Of a stretch of DNA of 64,000 bases, positions 51,560 through 61,481 are shown in pieces. How positions within the stretch are numbered: the first letter of the stretch is position 1; each line of letters begins with the position of its first letter. The DNA is from an uncultured Candidatus Binatia bacterium (GTDB taxonomy: Bacteria > Desulfobacterota > Binatia > Bin18): the NCBI GenBank assembly GCA_965200965.1, contig OZ241744.1, positions 800,001 to 864,000 of the forward strand, given 5' to 3'. Position numbers and translations under genes: made by a program. Below the pieces are notes generated by a model, which did no database searches, was not told the origin of the DNA, and saw only the letters and a list, made by a program, of their open reading frames with translations.

Positions 51560-52249
51560 CACGCGCCGGCGAGTGGTCTCCGGCTTCGGTGGTGCTTATG
51601 TGGTGACGGGTTTCCCTCGGCTCGGTGGAGCGGAGGGTAGGGGTATGGGGGAAGAGATTATGGGGGCAGTGTTGGATGTGGATATCCCACAGAAGATGTC
51701 CGTGTGCCGAATTCAGCCGTTGGTATCGCTCTAGCCCAGGTGTCGTGGCAGGTCAAAATGTTCACCCACGACGGGGTCGTGCTGGCTGCGGTCTATCCTT
51801 TGAGGAACCGAACCTGATTATTGGCCTGTCGTTCTGGCAGGATGAGGCAACCGCCCGGCGTCTGTTCAAGGGAGCACTTGAGATTGGTCCAGGTGCGGAT
51901 ACCGACCCGTCCAGCCGCGCCCGTTTGACGGTTGAGCCTGATACCAAAATGGTTGATGAGTTGTTTCCAGCCGCCAAGTTGCTGAACCCGCGCCCGACCC
52001 GGACCAGCCAGCCGGGCCAAGTGCCACTTTTCACCCTTTTTATCTGAGGCTTTTCCAGACACGCCCCAGCTCTGGGCTCGTTCTCACAGTTGGCGCATTG
52101 CCTGCCGGATACGACGAGCGGCCCAGCCCATACGGGTTGGATGACAGCCGGCGGGTTTGCCCTCCCGGTCCGGTTTGAGTATAGTAGCCCGGCCACAGGA
52201 ATGTGCTGCACATTCCAACTGAGCCCCATTTTGGCAAGGAGGGAAACGT

Positions 52250-52729
52250 ATGGCCGATGAGGAGTTGAAAGAGAAAGTCAAAGAAGTCCTGGCCGAGCTT
52301 GGCGTTTTTTCTGGCCAACGCAACATTACGATGGAAGAGATCGCTATCCTGCAAGGCCAGCAAACGGGTCTGGCCCGGATCATGCCCGAGATTGGCCAGC
52401 GGACCTGGAAGCTGTTTTACGCGGCAAAAGAGGGTCACTGGGACTTGGCCAACTTCCAGTACTCAGAGATTACCGAACTGATGGAGCTCGGGGCCTACGC
52501 CCGGCCAAAGCACGAAGATGCGCTCAACCAGTTCATGGCCGAGGACTGGCCGCCGCTTGGTGAGGCGATCAAAAATAAGGACTTTGCCGCGTTCGAGCCG
52601 GCTTTTCATAAGGCCATTGAGCAGGCCAACGCCTATCATGAACTCAAGGACAGACCCTATATTCGTTGGCAGTTGCCCCCCGTCCCGCCGGACGACCTCG
52701 AACTCAAGCCGCGCGGAGGGAGCAAATAA
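52250..52729 (+). CDS. Four-helix-bundle protein resembling cytochrome b562/c' family
   Basis: GLARIM.EIG.R.WKL.YA...W.LA...; ANAYH near the C-terminus where CxxCH would sit; no signal peptide. Confidence 0.6.
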   Translation: MADEELKEKVKEVLAELGVFSGQRNITMEEIAILQGQQTGLARIMPEIGQRTWKLFYAAKEGHWDLANFQYSEITELMELGAYARPKHEDALNQFMAEDWPPLGEAIKNKDFAAFEPAFHKAIEQANAYHELKDRPYIRWQLPPVPPDDLELKPRGGSK

Positions 52730-52842
52730 TCGGGCCTCAAGGCACCTGAACCTGCTCGGCTCCGTTCAGGTACCAAAGAATGTCAGGGTGGAACAGAGGG
52801 CAGCCGGCTATGGCTGCCCTTCGCTGTATAAGGAGAGCGATT

Positions 52843-54909
52843 ATGTCTGGCACGCTTTTTCTCCTCGTCGTCTTCGCCGCCCTGGGGTTCTTTGCCTCCA
52901 CCTTGTACGGCCGTGTTCGGCTCTTGCTGGCGATGAGGCCGGTAGGCCGCTTTGACCGGATTGGCCGGCGGCTCAAGGCGGTGCTGGTCTACGCGTTTGG
53001 CCAAAAGAAATTCATAGTCGGCGAGCAGCCGGCCGGCTGGATGCACATCCTCATCTTCTGGGGCTTCATCATTCTCGCCCTCCAGGTCGTGACCATGTTT
53101 GGCCGCGCCTTTTCAGACCATTTCTTCGTGCCTGGCTTTGCGCCCGATCAGCTTGGCGGGCCGTTCTTTGTGCTCCGCGACCTCATGGAAGTCCTGGTCA
53201 TGGCCGCGGTGGCGGTGGCGGTCTACCGCTGGCTGGTCTCGCACCCGCCCCGGCTGTCTGGCTATATACCGGCCGAAGACCGCTTGGCCGGTCAGTCCCA
53301 CTGGGAAGCCGTGCTCATCCTGTGTTGCATCTTTGCCATTATGCTCTCCGGTCTGCTGTACGACGGCGGTCGGCTGGTCTTTCTGGCCGGCGACCCTGTG
53401 GTTGAAGCTGAGCGTCCCTGGCAGCCGATGGGTACCCTCGTCGCCCTGGCCCTGTCAGCCTGTGGCCCAGGCATTGCCGAGTGTGTCAGCAATGCCTCGT
53501 GGTGGGTCCACAATGTGGTTATCCTGGCCTTTCTCAATCTGTTGCCGCGCTCCAAGCATTTCCACATCATTACCTCAATTCCGAACGTGTTCTTCCGCAA
53601 ACTTGAGCCGGCCGGCGCACTTGACAAGATGGACCTGGAGAATACCGAAACCTTTGGCACCTCGTTCATCAACCAGTTCACCTGGAAGCAGGCCCTCGAC
53701 ATGTACAGCTGCACCGAGTGCGGGCGCTGCTCTTCGCACTGCCCGGCCACGGCCAGCGGCAAAGAACTCGCCCCGCGCCAACTGCTCCTCAACCTGCGCG
53801 ACTACCTATACGACCATCAGGCCGAGATGATCGCCGGGGGCAAGGGCGGTACCGCTCCGATAGGCGAGAATGTGGTCGGTGAGAACCTGATTCACGACAA
53901 TGTGTTGTGGTCATGTACCACCTGCCGGGCGTGCGAAGAAGCCTGCCCGGTGCTGATCGAATATGTCGATAAAATCGTGGACATGCGCCGCCACCTCGTT
54001 CAGGAAGAAACCCGCTTCCCCACCGAGTTGACCCGTACCTTCAAAGGCATGGAAACCCAGGGCAACCCCTGGGGCATGAGCACTGACAAGCGCATGGACT
54101 GGGCAGTGGGCCTGTCTGTGCCCCTGCTGGCCGACAACCCGCAAGCCGAATACCTGTACTTTGTGGGCTGCGCCGGCGCTTTTGACGACCGCAACAAAAA
54201 GACAGTTGCCGCCTTTGTCAACATTCTCAACAAGGCCGGGGTGAGTTTTGCCGTGCTCGGTCCCGAAGAACCATGTAACGGCGAGACCGCCCGCCGGCTG
54301 GGCAACGAATACCTGTTTCAGACCATGGCCGAGACCGCGGTTGCGCGCATCAACGGCTATGGAGTCCGCAAGGTTATTGCCAACTGCCCGCACTGCTTCA
54401 ACACGCTCAAAAACGAATATCCCCAGTTTGGCGGCAACTACCAAGTCATCTCGTCCGCCGAACTCGTCGACCATCTGTTCAAACAGGGCAAGCTGAGCGT
54501 CCGGGAAGACCCCGATCTCACTGTCACCTATCATGACTCGTGCTATTACGGCCGCCACAACAACATCTACGAGTCGCCGCGCGAAATCATTGCCAGAATC
54601 ATGGGCAAATCCCCCCGGGAGATGGAACGCAGCCGTCAGACCAGCATGTGCTGTGGCGGTGGTGGCGGCTGGATGTGGATGGACGAAGCCCCAGGTCAGC
54701 GGGTGAACATCCTGCGCGCCGAGCAAGCCCTGGAGACCAGCCCCGATGTCGTCGCCGTATCCTGCCCCTTCTGTATGACCATGCTGAGCGACGGCATCAA
54801 AACCACAGAGGCCGAGGACCAGGTTGAGGTCCTTGACGTGATGGAACTCGTGGACCGGGCCAGCGACCCAGATTTTCCCCCAAGAGAGGCGGACGCCCCC
54901 CATGCCTGA
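52843..54909 (+). CDS. Membrane-anchored Fe-S oxidoreductase, FadF/HdrD-like (ETF:quinone oxidoreductase EMO type)
   Basis: N-terminal TM cytochrome-b-like domain with His residues (MHILIFWG, VHN, SKHFH), CTECGRCSSHCP, CTTCRACEEACP, two CCG-type domains. Confidence 0.9.
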   Translation: MSGTLFLLVVFAALGFFASTLYGRVRLLLAMRPVGRFDRIGRRLKAVLVYAFGQKKFIVGEQPAGWMHILIFWGFIILALQVVTMFGRAFSDHFFVPGFAPDQLGGPFFVLRDLMEVLVMAAVAVAVYRWLVSHPPRLSGYIPAEDRLAGQSHWEAVLILCCIFAIMLSGLLYDGGRLVFLAGDPVVEAERPWQPMGTLVALALSACGPGIAECVSNASWWVHNVVILAFLNLLPRSKHFHIITSIPNVFFRKLEPAGALDKMDLENTETFGTSFINQFTWKQALDMYSCTECGRCSSHCPATASGKELAPRQLLLNLRDYLYDHQAEMIAGGKGGTAPIGENVVGENLIHDNVLWSCTTCRACEEACPVLIEYVDKIVDMRRHLVQEETRFPTELTRTFKGMETQGNPWGMSTDKRMDWAVGLSVPLLADNPQAEYLYFVGCAGAFDDRNKKTVAAFVNILNKAGVSFAVLGPEEPCNGETARRLGNEYLFQTMAETAVARINGYGVRKVIANCPHCFNTLKNEYPQFGGNYQVISSAELVDHLFKQGKLSVREDPDLTVTYHDSCYYGRHNNIYESPREIIARIMGKSPREMERSRQTSMCCGGGGGWMWMDEAPGQRVNILRAEQALETSPDVVAVSCPFCMTMLSDGIKTTEAEDQVEVLDVMELVDRASDPDFPPREADAPHA

Positions 54910-55954
54910 GCAGCTTGAAAATACCCACCTAGTTGACCTGCAACCCCTGATAGCCCCGCGCGCGGTCAAGGCCGAGCTGCCGCTGACCGAGCCGGCCGCG
55001 GCCCTCGTCCTCCAGACGCGCCAAGCGATCCGCGCCATCCTGTACGGCCAGGACCGCCGGCGTCTCCTGGTCGTGACCGGGCCGTGCTCCATCCACGACG
55101 CCGCGGCGGCCTCCGAATACGCCGGCCGCCTCAAACCTGTCATTGACGCCACCCGCGACCGGCTGGTGATTGTCATGCGGACCTACTTTGAAAAGCCGCG
55201 CACAACAGTCGGCTGGAAGGGCCTGATTAACGACCCCCACCTCGACGGCTCGTGCGATATCCCCACCGGCCTGCAAATGGCCCGCCAGATTCTCCTGCAC
55301 ATCAACCAGGCCGGCGTGCCCTGTGCAGTAGAGGTCCTTGACCCTGTCACCCCCCAGTATGTGGCCGATCTGATCAGCTGGGCGGCCATTGGCGCACGCA
55401 CCACCGAGAGCCAGACCCACCGCGAGTTGGCCAGCGGGCTGTCCATGCCAGTCGGCTTCAAGAACGGTACCGACGGCAAAATCCAGAGCGCCATCAACGC
55501 CATGATCTCAGCCCGTCACCCGCACAGTTTTCTGGGCATCAACGTCGACGGCCTGACCTGCATGATTAAGACCGGCGGCAACCCTGACCGGCATATTGTG
55601 CTGCGCGGCGGGGGCGGCAAGCCGAACTGCGGCCCTGAAGACATTGCCCGGGCGGTCGAGTTGGTGGCCGGCGAAGAGATTCCCCGGGCGGTTATGGTTG
55701 ATTGCTCACACGACAACTCGGGCAAAGACCACACCCGGCAGGGCCAAGTGTGTCGGGATGCCCTGGCGGTCTTCCGCGGGGGTCAGCGGGCGCTGATGGG
55801 CGTGTTGATCGAGAGCAATCTTAAACCGGGCAAACAGACCTGGAAAGAGGGGGTGCAGCTTGACTATGGCGTGTCCATTACCGACGCCTGCATCGGCTGG
55901 GAAGAGACCGAGCGGCTGCTGTATGAGATCGCCGAGGCTGTCCCGGCGCAGTGA
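54902..55954 (+). CDS. DAHP synthase, class I alpha (AroF/G/H family)
   Basis: GPCSIHD, YFEKPRTTVGWKG, IGARTTESQ.HR, VGFKNGT, DCSH.NS, SITDAC. Confidence 0.96.
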   Translation: MPEQLENTHLVDLQPLIAPRAVKAELPLTEPAAALVLQTRQAIRAILYGQDRRRLLVVTGPCSIHDAAAASEYAGRLKPVIDATRDRLVIVMRTYFEKPRTTVGWKGLINDPHLDGSCDIPTGLQMARQILLHINQAGVPCAVEVLDPVTPQYVADLISWAAIGARTTESQTHRELASGLSMPVGFKNGTDGKIQSAINAMISARHPHSFLGINVDGLTCMIKTGGNPDRHIVLRGGGGKPNCGPEDIARAVELVAGEEIPRAVMVDCSHDNSGKDHTRQGQVCRDALAVFRGGQRALMGVLIESNLKPGKQTWKEGVQLDYGVSITDACIGWEETERLLYEIAEAVPAQ

Positions 55955-56040
55955 GAAGACAGACTGGGCTGATTTCCGTCCTCATGTAGACAAAATCGGC
56001 CCAATAGGGGAGAAAATTATGATTCTCCTGAGCTATCTGT

Positions 56041-56304
56041 CTACTCCCAGCGAGAAATTTGCTTATACAACTCCCCCTTTATGAATATCTTCCTGGTTAA
56101 CGTTTGACTTCCACCAACCGTTATATTCGCTGCGAGGTAAGCATCTTCTACCTCAAATCCCTCTGCGTCTACACCTTGTAGCCACATACGGACATCTTCA
56201 CTGTCTGACCCGTTCTCAACGGTTGCTTTGATTGCCAGTTGTACATCCCCGTCTTCGTCGGTAGCGATGACTTTAGTAGCAATGTCGCTGACTTTGTAAT
56301 CCAT
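56041..56304 (-). CDS. Hypothetical beta-rich protein (87 aa), lower GC than flanks
   Basis: SD GGGAGG 5 nt before ATG; visibly AT-richer codons. Confidence 0.6.
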   Translation of the reverse strand: MDYKVSDIATKVIATDEDGDVQLAIKATVENGSDSEDVRMWLQGVDAEGFEVEDAYLAANITVGGSQTLTRKIFIKGELYKQISRWE

Positions 56305-56576
56305 GAGAGCCTCCCGCTTGATTACCCCTCGCCTCGTCGGCGAAACCTCTTAGCGCTTTTCGAGCCAGAGAAGAGAGTAGGGCACCTCCCCTGTAGCAGC
56401 CTTGTGTTACGGCGTCAATAGTCATCGTTGAACACCCCTGCCCGGGGAAACGCGCAGGTGGTGGAGTGAAGCCGATGCACCGGCAGATCGTGGCGGCAGT
56501 TTGGGTGCTTGCAGGCCGGATGGCTGCAGACCGAGGGGCCAAAGCCGGCTTCTCTGATGGCCTGTCGGCTTGGGTT

Positions 56577-58973
56577 TCAATTTTCCAGTCTGGGCTCCCA
56601 GTTCCGCAGCCTCAGCGAGTTTGCCACCACGCTGAGGCTGGAGAAGGCCATTGCCGCCGCGGCCAGCGGCGGGCTGAGATAGCCCAGGGCGGCCAGCGGC
56701 AGGACGATGACATTGTAGAGAAAGGCCCAGAACAGGTTCTGCTTGATCTTGCGGAAGGTCCGACGACTCACTTCAATTGCGCTGGCCACCAGCCGGGGGT
56801 CGGGCCGCATGAGGGTGATGGCCGCGGTCTCCATCGCCACATCGGTTCCTGAACCCATTGCTATGCCCACCGTGGCCTGAGCGAGGGCCGGTGCATCGTT
56901 GATGCCGTCGCCCACCATGCCGACATGGCAACCTCGGTCGGTGATTTCTTTGACGATTCTAGCCTTGTCTTCGGGCAGGGCCCCGCCGTGGACATTGGCA
57001 ATGCCGAGCCGCTCGGCAAGGCGTTCGGCCACCGGGACAGCGTCGCCGGACACCAGCATCGGCACAACGCCGAGCTGCTTGAGCCGCCGGACTGCGGCCG
57101 CGGACTGCGGCCGCAGCGCATCGACGATTTCAAACCGGGCCAGCAGGGTTTCTCGGCCCGGCAGGCTGATGCCGAGCCAGACTTGGGCACCGCCGTGGTG
57201 CAGGTCACGGGGAGGGGGATCAAGCCCGCGGTGGGTGAACATGCCCTCGTTGCCGAGCAGATAATGCACCTCGTTGATATCGCCCTCAACACCCTGGGCT
57301 ACCGAACTCTTGAACCGTTCGACCGGCAGCAGCGTCAGCTTCCGCTCCTCGGCCGCGGCGCGAATGGCGGCGGCGATCGGGTGCTCGCTGCCCTGTTGCA
57401 GGGAGGCGGCGAGTTGCAGGGCCTCGTCCTCTCCGAGTCCGGCCAGGAGCTTGATCTTGCCCAGAGTGGGCTTGCCTTCGGTCAGGGTGCCGGTCTTGTC
57501 AAGGATGACATGGGACAGGCTGTGGGCCTGCTCCAGCGAGACAATGTCTTTGATCAGGATGCCAGAGCGCGCCGCGGCCCCGGAGCCGGTTAGAATGGCG
57601 GTTGGCGTGGCCAGCCCAAGGGCGCAGGGACAGGCGATGACCAGCACCGCAACAGCGCTGATAATCGCCTGCTCAAAGCCTGCGCCGACCGTCAGCCACA
57701 CGAGGCAGGTGCCCACGGCAATGGCGACCACGAACGGCACGAAGACTCCGCTCACGCGGTCTACCAGGCGTTGGACCGCGGGCTTGCCGGCCTGGGCATT
57801 CTCAACCAGCTGAATCATTTTGGCCAGGGTTGAATCGGCCCCGCTGGCCTGCGTCTCAATGTCAATGACCCCGTTGATGCTGATTGAGCCGGTCCTTACT
57901 GTGTCGCCCGGCTTCTTGAGGACCGCGGCACTCTCGCCGGTGAGGAGTGCTTCGTCAATTTCGGCTTCGCCGCTGACCACGATGCCGTCCGCGGCAACTT
58001 GCTGGCCTGGGCGGCAGACCACGATGTCGCCGATCTTCACCTCCTGGGCTGGTCGCTCAATCAGGCTGCCGTCGGGGAGACGGAGCAGGGCAGTGCTGGG
58101 CCGCAGGGCCAGCAGCTCCCGGATGGCCTGGGCCGCACCGCGCTTGGCGCGGGTTTCCAGGTACTTGCCGAGCAGCACCAGGGTGATGATGAATGCCGAT
58201 GCCTCAAAGAACATCTGGCCCCGGGCGTCCATGCCGAGCGTGATGAGCAGATACCAACTATAGGAGTAGGCAGCGCTTGTGCCCAGGGCGACCAGCACAT
58301 CCATGTTGGCCCCGCCGCCGCGCAGGGCGTTACAGGCCCCGCGGTAGAAACGCGCGCCAAGCATGAATTGCAGCGGGGTGGTGAGCGCTGCCTCGAGCAG
58401 CGGGTGCATGTGCCAAGCGGATCCACCGCTCAGCATGACCAGCATCTGAACGAGAAACGGGGCGGTCAGAATCGCTCCACCGACGATAAGCCTGCGGTCG
58501 TGGGCGGCTTTCCGCTGCTCGCGCTCCAGCGAGACCTTGGGGTCGTGAACGGCGACCAAACGGTAGCCGACGGCTTCTACTGTCGCGCTCAGGTCTTCAT
58601 CTGTGACGGCCAGAGACATCAGCCTGAGCTGTGCCTGTTCGGTGGCCGGATTGACATTGGCATCAACTACCCCGGGAAGTGCCCGGAGCGCTTTCTCGAC
58701 CTGGAGCGCGCCGGCAGCATCGTTCAGACCCTCAACACTGAACTGGCGAGTCTCTACCCCGACATCGAAGCCAGTCTGTCGCACAACGCTGACTACCGAC
58801 TCAAGACTCAGCGTCGCGTCACCGTCAACCATCGCCCGCTCCAGCGGCAGATTGACCGCAGCCTCCACGATCCCGTCGGCCTTGGACAAGGAGTGCTCAA
58901 GTCGTGCCGCGCAGGCGTTGCAGGTCATGCCCTCAATGATGAGCTTGTAGCGCCTGAGTTGCTGCGTTGTCAT
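56577..58973 (-). CDS. copA: Copper-translocating P1B-1 ATPase
   Basis: GMTCNAC metal-binding domain, TGES, CPCALGLA, DKTGT, HP, GDGINDAP, YN and MAFSS Cu(I) ligands. Confidence 0.93.
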   Translation of the reverse strand: MTTQQLRRYKLIIEGMTCNACAARLEHSLSKADGIVEAAVNLPLERAMVDGDATLSLESVVSVVRQTGFDVGVETRQFSVEGLNDAAGALQVEKALRALPGVVDANVNPATEQAQLRLMSLAVTDEDLSATVEAVGYRLVAVHDPKVSLEREQRKAAHDRRLIVGGAILTAPFLVQMLVMLSGGSAWHMHPLLEAALTTPLQFMLGARFYRGACNALRGGGANMDVLVALGTSAAYSYSWYLLITLGMDARGQMFFEASAFIITLVLLGKYLETRAKRGAAQAIRELLALRPSTALLRLPDGSLIERPAQEVKIGDIVVCRPGQQVAADGIVVSGEAEIDEALLTGESAAVLKKPGDTVRTGSISINGVIDIETQASGADSTLAKMIQLVENAQAGKPAVQRLVDRVSGVFVPFVVAIAVGTCLVWLTVGAGFEQAIISAVAVLVIACPCALGLATPTAILTGSGAAARSGILIKDIVSLEQAHSLSHVILDKTGTLTEGKPTLGKIKLLAGLGEDEALQLAASLQQGSEHPIAAAIRAAAEERKLTLLPVERFKSSVAQGVEGDINEVHYLLGNEGMFTHRGLDPPPRDLHHGGAQVWLGISLPGRETLLARFEIVDALRPQSAAAVRRLKQLGVVPMLVSGDAVPVAERLAERLGIANVHGGALPEDKARIVKEITDRGCHVGMVGDGINDAPALAQATVGIAMGSGTDVAMETAAITLMRPDPRLVASAIEVSRRTFRKIKQNLFWAFLYNVIVLPLAALGYLSPPLAAAAMAFSSLSVVANSLRLRNWEPRLEN

Positions 58974-59059
58974 GCTCCCCGGTCCTGTGGCATCACCTTT
59001 TCGGCGCGGTCTTTTTGATACATTGCCGGGTGTTGATGTGTGTGGCCACCGTTGGTTCC

Positions 59060-60250
59060 TTACTTTGCCGCCGGACCGGCGACCGACACCCGGTAGCCGG
59101 TCTTCTTCTCGTACTGGTCGATTTCTTGGGCCACGGCGCTCATCGCTCCGCCGATCAGGCTGTCGTGGTCGCTGCGGCACCATTCCCTGGAGCGGACCGG
59201 CCAGTCGCCCGATCCCTGAAAGCGGGGGAAGACTTCTTTGGCCAGCAGTTCGTAGGAGGCCAGCGAGGCGGTGCGTTCCACCCAGTCGTTGGCCATAATC
59301 AGATAGCAACCAAAGCCGCCCGACTGCTTTTTCAGCCGTTTGATCTGGGCCGCGGCATCGTCCGGGGTGCCAATTACGGCCGTCCCGGAGTCAACCAGGG
59401 CCTGGACCCACTTGCCCGGGTCGGGCTCTGCCGGGGCCAGCGGCAGAGCCACGACATGCTTGAAATAGTCGATCCATTCATGAATGCCGTACTCGACCTC
59501 TTCAAGCGCCTGTTGGCGGCTCGGCGCGACATGCATTGGCCCGACCAGCCGCCAACAGGCGCGGTCTACGGTATGGCCGTGCTGGACGGCGGTATCATTC
59601 CAGATCTTCCAGTGGTCGGCCAGCACGCCAAAACCGCCTTGGCTGGTTGCCCCTACCGACAGCAGGCCGACGCCGTAATGGCCGGCGGTGCGCGGACCGG
59701 CTGGGGAGACGGTGGCCGCTACCGCGATTTCAAAATGCGGATAGGTGTAGGGACGGAGTTGGAGGCGGGCCTCGTGGAGGGTGAACCAGTCGGTTTTCAG
59801 GCTGAGCGGCTCTTCTGAAGTAAGCAACAGCATGATTGCTCCCAGCGCCTCTTCCATCCGGCTCCGCTGGCTGGCCGGGTCAATGCCCATCATCCGCGCG
59901 TCGGAGGGCAGAGCGCCGGGACCGACGCCGAACATCACCCGTCCGCGCGTCATATGGTCAAGTTGGACAATGCGGTCGGCCAGCATCAGGGGATGGTGGT
60001 AGGGCAGGGAGCTGACCCCGGTTCCGAGCCGGATATGCCCGGTGCGCTGGGCGGCAGAGGCGATCATTACTTCGGGCGAGGCGATGATTTCCAGCCCTGC
60101 CGAGTGATGTTCTCCGATCCAGACTTCATTGTAGCCGAGTTGGTCAAGACGTTCGATCAGTTCCAGGTCGCACTCCAGGGCCAGGGTCGGGTTCTGCCCG
60201 GCAGGGTGAAAAGGGGCCATGAAAATACCAAAGCGTAAGGGTCGTTCCAT
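59060..60250 (-). CDS. Luciferase-like flavin monooxygenase (limonene monooxygenase-like)
   Basis: FGIFMAPFH, WIGEHHS, LGTGVSSLPYHHP, LDHMTRGR, GALPSDA. Confidence 0.9.
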   Translation of the reverse strand: MERPLRFGIFMAPFHPAGQNPTLALECDLELIERLDQLGYNEVWIGEHHSAGLEIIASPEVMIASAAQRTGHIRLGTGVSSLPYHHPLMLADRIVQLDHMTRGRVMFGVGPGALPSDARMMGIDPASQRSRMEEALGAIMLLLTSEEPLSLKTDWFTLHEARLQLRPYTYPHFEIAVAATVSPAGPRTAGHYGVGLLSVGATSQGGFGVLADHWKIWNDTAVQHGHTVDRACWRLVGPMHVAPSRQQALEEVEYGIHEWIDYFKHVVALPLAPAEPDPGKWVQALVDSGTAVIGTPDDAAAQIKRLKKQSGGFGCYLIMANDWVERTASLASYELLAKEVFPRFQGSGDWPVRSREWCRSDHDSLIGGAMSAVAQEIDQYEKKTGYRVSVAGPAAK

Positions 60251-60274
60251 ACCTTCCTCCATGTTAGCCGCAGG

Positions 60275-61459
60275 CTAGCGCCCCTTGGGCATCTCCAACA
60301 CCCGTTCGGCAATGATATTGCGGAGAATCTCGGATGTGCCGCCCTCGATGGTGTTGGCCTTTGAACGGATGAAGCCGTACTGCCAGTATGCCCTGTTGCC
60401 CTCATTGGATATCTGGGCGTAGGGGCCCTGGATATCCACCGCTAGCTCTTGCAAACGCTGGTTGGACTCGGCCCAGTGCAGCTTGGCAATTGATCCTTCG
60501 GCCCCAGGTGGGGCACCGCGCAGCAGTGTGGTCAGGGCACGATAATTGTTGAGCTTCAGCACCTCGCTATCAATATACGCCTGGGCCATCCGTTGCCGAA
60601 CGGTGGGCGAGTCCCTCAGCGGTTCGCCGTAGCGGGCCTCGCCTTGGACTGTGTGCTGGAGGTCACGGCAGGCCCGTTGCATGGCAAAGGTGAAGTAAAA
60701 TCCCAAGCCCTGGCGTTCAAACATCAGCGAGGTGATAATCACCTGCCAGCCATGGTCTTTTTCACCCAGAAGTTGAGCCTTGGGCACTCTGACATCCTCA
60801 AGAAAGAGCTCGTTGAACTCGCTCTCGCCGGTCATGGTCCGCAGTGGTCGAATACTGATCCCAGGACTTTTCATATCGACCAGAAGTGCTGATAGACCCT
60901 GATGTTTTGGCGCGTTGGGATTGGTCCGTACCAGGAGCAGACACCAGTCCGCATAATTGGCCAAGCTGGTCCAGACCTTTTGTCCGTTGACAACAAAGGC
61001 GTCGCCTTCCTCCTCGGCCTGGGTCTGTAGAGATCCCAGGTCTGAGCCGGAACTAGGCTCTGAGTATCCCTGGCTCCAGACCTCTTCTCCACTGAGGATA
61101 TTCGCCAGGTATCGTTGCTTTTGGGCTTGGCTGCCATGGGTGATGATCGTGGGGCCGACAATCTCCAGACCCAGCACATTCATCAGGCCGGGCGCTTTGT
61201 GGGCGGCCATCTCTTCGTCAAAAATCATTCGTTCAACCAGCGAAGCACCTCTGCCGCCATACTCCTTGGGCCAGGAGATGCCGGCCCAGCCGCCTTTGTA
61301 GACGGTCTTCTGCCAGTCTTTCAGAAACCTGAGATCGGCCGGCGAAGCTTGGGGTTGAAGATGGCGGAGACGCTCGCTGTCGGGAGGGACATGGCTTGCC
61401 AGCCAGGAGCGAAGTTCGTGGCGAAACGTTTCTTGTTCGGGGGTAAAGGTGAAGTCCAT
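60275..61459 (-). CDS. Acyl-CoA dehydrogenase (FadE-type subfamily)
   Basis: WSQGYSEPSSGSDL, VNGQKVWTS, FNELFL, TIEGGTSEI.RNIIAERVL. Confidence 0.93.
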   Translation of the reverse strand: MDFTFTPEQETFRHELRSWLASHVPPDSERLRHLQPQASPADLRFLKDWQKTVYKGGWAGISWPKEYGGRGASLVERMIFDEEMAAHKAPGLMNVLGLEIVGPTIITHGSQAQKQRYLANILSGEEVWSQGYSEPSSGSDLGSLQTQAEEEGDAFVVNGQKVWTSLANYADWCLLLVRTNPNAPKHQGLSALLVDMKSPGISIRPLRTMTGESEFNELFLEDVRVPKAQLLGEKDHGWQVIITSLMFERQGLGFYFTFAMQRACRDLQHTVQGEARYGEPLRDSPTVRQRMAQAYIDSEVLKLNNYRALTTLLRGAPPGAEGSIAKLHWAESNQRLQELAVDIQGPYAQISNEGNRAYWQYGFIRSKANTIEGGTSEILRNIIAERVLEMPKGR

Positions 61460-61481
61460 TCTCCCTCCTCCTGCTGATGGG

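Noticed and set aside
51560-52249. ORFs in a 690-nt gap (51625-52047 and others)
   Set aside because: Looks like degraded coding DNA but I cannot assign a family or a consistent start.
58974-59309. 112-aa N-terminal extension of CopA in the ORF track
   Set aside because: Overlaps the monooxygenase gene in another frame; ATG at 58973 has an SD (GGGGAG).
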